Both the position numbers and the translations under genes were made by a program. Below, in pieces: positions 62,256 through 64,000 of a stretch of 64,000 bases of DNA. The first letter of the stretch is position 1, and each line of letters begins with the position of its first letter. Origin of the DNA: a bacterium (lineage in GTDB: Bacteria > SAR324 > NAC60-12); assembly GCA_965209155.1 (NCBI GenBank), contig OZ242383.1:3808001-3872000 (forward strand), written 5' to 3'. The notes under the pieces are model-generated. The model was not told the origin of the DNA. It ran no database searches and saw nothing but the letters and a program-made list of their open reading frames with translations.

Positions 62256-62624
62256 TCACGTCTTCAGCTCTCCGATGATCGGTGTGTCGCGCGAGATGCG
62301 CTCCGCGTTAAATTCGCCCCGGTGGCCAATGCCGAACCAGACTTTGAAACCCAGGAGATCGAGAAGCTCTTGGGAGGCTTCCTCATACACCTCCGGAAGC
62401 AACGCCATCGGATAGTTTTCAAAGGGCCTGAACATGGGCGGTTGGTAAGCGAAGGTGAGGCCCTTCCGCTCTCCAGTGCACTCGGCCTCGGCCTGCTCGC
62501 TGAGACGCTTGCGTGCTTCGGCATGCTGTTCCGGTGTCAGCGCTTCCTTGACGAGACAATATCCATGCTCGTCGATATCTCGTTTCATTGTCCCGGCGTT
62601 GCGGGTCCAAGTGGGTAGGGTCAT
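62256..62624 (-). pseudogene. internally deleted phytanoyl-CoA dioxygenase-family gene
   Basis: N-terminal DEHGYCLVKEALT joined directly to C-terminal RKGLTFAY..RPFENY; no HxD core. Confidence 0.65.
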
Positions 62625-62667
62625 ATTGCCTCCTTTATAAACTCTGAATACTCATAATCTTTACTGC

Positions 62668-62950
62668 TTACTCAATAATTTCAAGCCAAACCATCTTTGC
62701 AGGCCCGTCTGTCATAACTGAAAATTTCTGCATGTACTCACTTTCAGGATCTCTGTTAGGATCTTTCGCGTAATTTTCAAAATCTTCCCTTTTCTCCCAT
62801 TTACACCATATGTGGACAGTGCTTTGACCAGAATCATCTGTGGAAACTCCACTTTTCAAAGAAATAAACCCAGGTTTTGATTTTGTGATAGCAAATCCTT
62901 TTGGAGACTTCAATAAATCCACAAGTTCATCCTTCTTATCTTTTTTTAAT
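62668..62950 (-). pseudogene. ABM-like (dimeric alpha/beta barrel) protein, 5' end cut by element copy 4
   Basis: PGFIS and W.KWEKREDF..Y motifs; frame runs open up to the TAAT insertion site. Confidence 0.6.
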
Positions 62951-63513
62951 TAATCTCATTAAACCACCAGCTCTGCTGGTGCGAACCTAATAGGCTTTGC
63001 CGGTCAGACATGAGAAACGTATCCGTGTCCGTTAGCCGTGCTCGTGCTCGTGAACGGTCAGTGAATTCGACGGCACATTTTGGTTAACATAGAAACAATG
63101 CGATGAAGTAACTGTTTCCCTTCGTCAAATAAAGGAGGCTGGATGATCTTCAACACGTTTAAAACATCGAGAATAGCAGCGCATTCCATTGCGGAGCCTC
63201 GGGCAAATGCATAGAATCGTTGCTTGTCAGGAAAGGAATTTTTTCCACAGCCTTCTGCGATATTGAGAGGAATCGACCATGAGGCCCTTTTCAGTTGGTC
63301 AACTAAGGCTGAGTATCCTTTTGGCCATGTTTCGATGACTTGGACAGATAACGCTAAAAATTCGATGGAACATTGGTATACATCGAGTTTTTCATGATCT
63401 AACATGGCAGCCTTTTTCGTTCACGAGCACGAGCACGTTTTACGATGACGAACACGTTTTGCCCTCATACTGGGGGCCTCTTCAAGCCACCGGCTCTGCC
63501 GGCGGTGATGACT
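62951..63513 (+). mobile_element. non-autonomous IS200/IS605-like element with four-helix-bundle gene, copy 4 (563 bp)
   Basis: follows TAAT at 62947-62950, ends GACT; one mismatch in the right hairpin. Confidence 0.9.
63058..63405 (-). CDS. four helix bundle protein
   Basis: same family motifs as copy 1. Confidence 0.92.
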   Translation of the reverse strand: MLDHEKLDVYQCSIEFLALSVQVIETWPKGYSALVDQLKRASWSIPLNIAEGCGKNSFPDKQRFYAFARGSAMECAAILDVLNVLKIIQPPLFDEGKQLLHRIVSMLTKMCRRIH

Positions 63514-64000
63514 GTAACTATGTAACTATTCAGGTCTCTGAAAAACCCGTTCAGTTAAATATCATTAAAAAAGATTCCCGGAGAGGAGCGATCGTTTTCA
63601 AGTCCTTCTACGATATGGTTCCATCGATCAGGAACCCTCTTTTTCACTAAAACTACTTAGTGAAGGTATGATTCTAACGATATATTTTTTGAATAAGGGT
63701 CAATCCCCAAATGAAAAAAGATGCAGGATTCGTAAAAAAAAATAAAAAATCTGTCAATCAGGGAGATCCGCTTCTTTATGATCATGAGCCAAAAAGCGAA
63801 GGTTCACTCCACTATCCATCGTTTTTTCAGTGGTGATAATGATCGTAAACGCTTTGCCAGGAAGGTATATCAGAGTGCTAAGCGCTCTTGCTTCCATGGC
63901 TCTCGTTCTTTTTCCAAGAGTTCACAGGCTACTTGAAGAACCTCGAGGTGGGAAATCGATGGGTTCTCTGAAGATACCTGTATAGTTAAAAACTACACAG

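Noticed and set aside
16308..63405. Diversity-generating retroelement suggested by Avd-like genes and repeats
   Set aside because: No reverse transcriptase and no TR/VR pair in the window; copy differences are few and not restricted to adenines.
63530..64000. Two similar motifs (GGTCTCTGAAAAACCCGTTCAGTTAAA and GTTCTCTGAAGATACCTGTATAGTTAAA) as IS ends
   Set aside because: They are in the same orientation, weakly similar, with no transposase, and the window ends here; unresolved.

Overview
A 64 kb bacterial chromosome segment. Gene content and style suggest a Gram-negative, deltaproteobacterial/SAR324-like heterotroph, but this is an inference only. It holds an aa3-type cytochrome c oxidase operon with ctaA/ctaB, a small accessory island (methylase fragment, orphan DctP, PHP-ATPase, AlbA_2-ATPase), trkH, a Lol/MacB-like ABC cluster, two cofactor F420 loci (LLM-npdG-cofC and cofE-cofD-fbiC), dnaE, a fused CydDC-like ABC transporter, fatty-acid/acyl-CoA enzymes, an fhs/acyl-CoA synthetase/PanE-like cluster resembling oxalate metabolism, and several decayed genes. 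The most striking signal is four near-identical 557-563 bp transposase-free elements (16207-16763, 35578-36140, 42332-42894, 62951-63513). Each has IS200/IS605-type hairpin ends whose guide and cleavage tetramers follow the IS608 pairing rule, sits 3' of TAAT with no target duplication, and carries only a four-helix-bundle (23S rRNA IVP/Avd-like) gene enclosed in a long inverted-repeat stem. An inactivated IS200 tnpA element that uses the same TAAT target lies inside a MITE, and several nested REP/MITE families fill the intergenic spaces.
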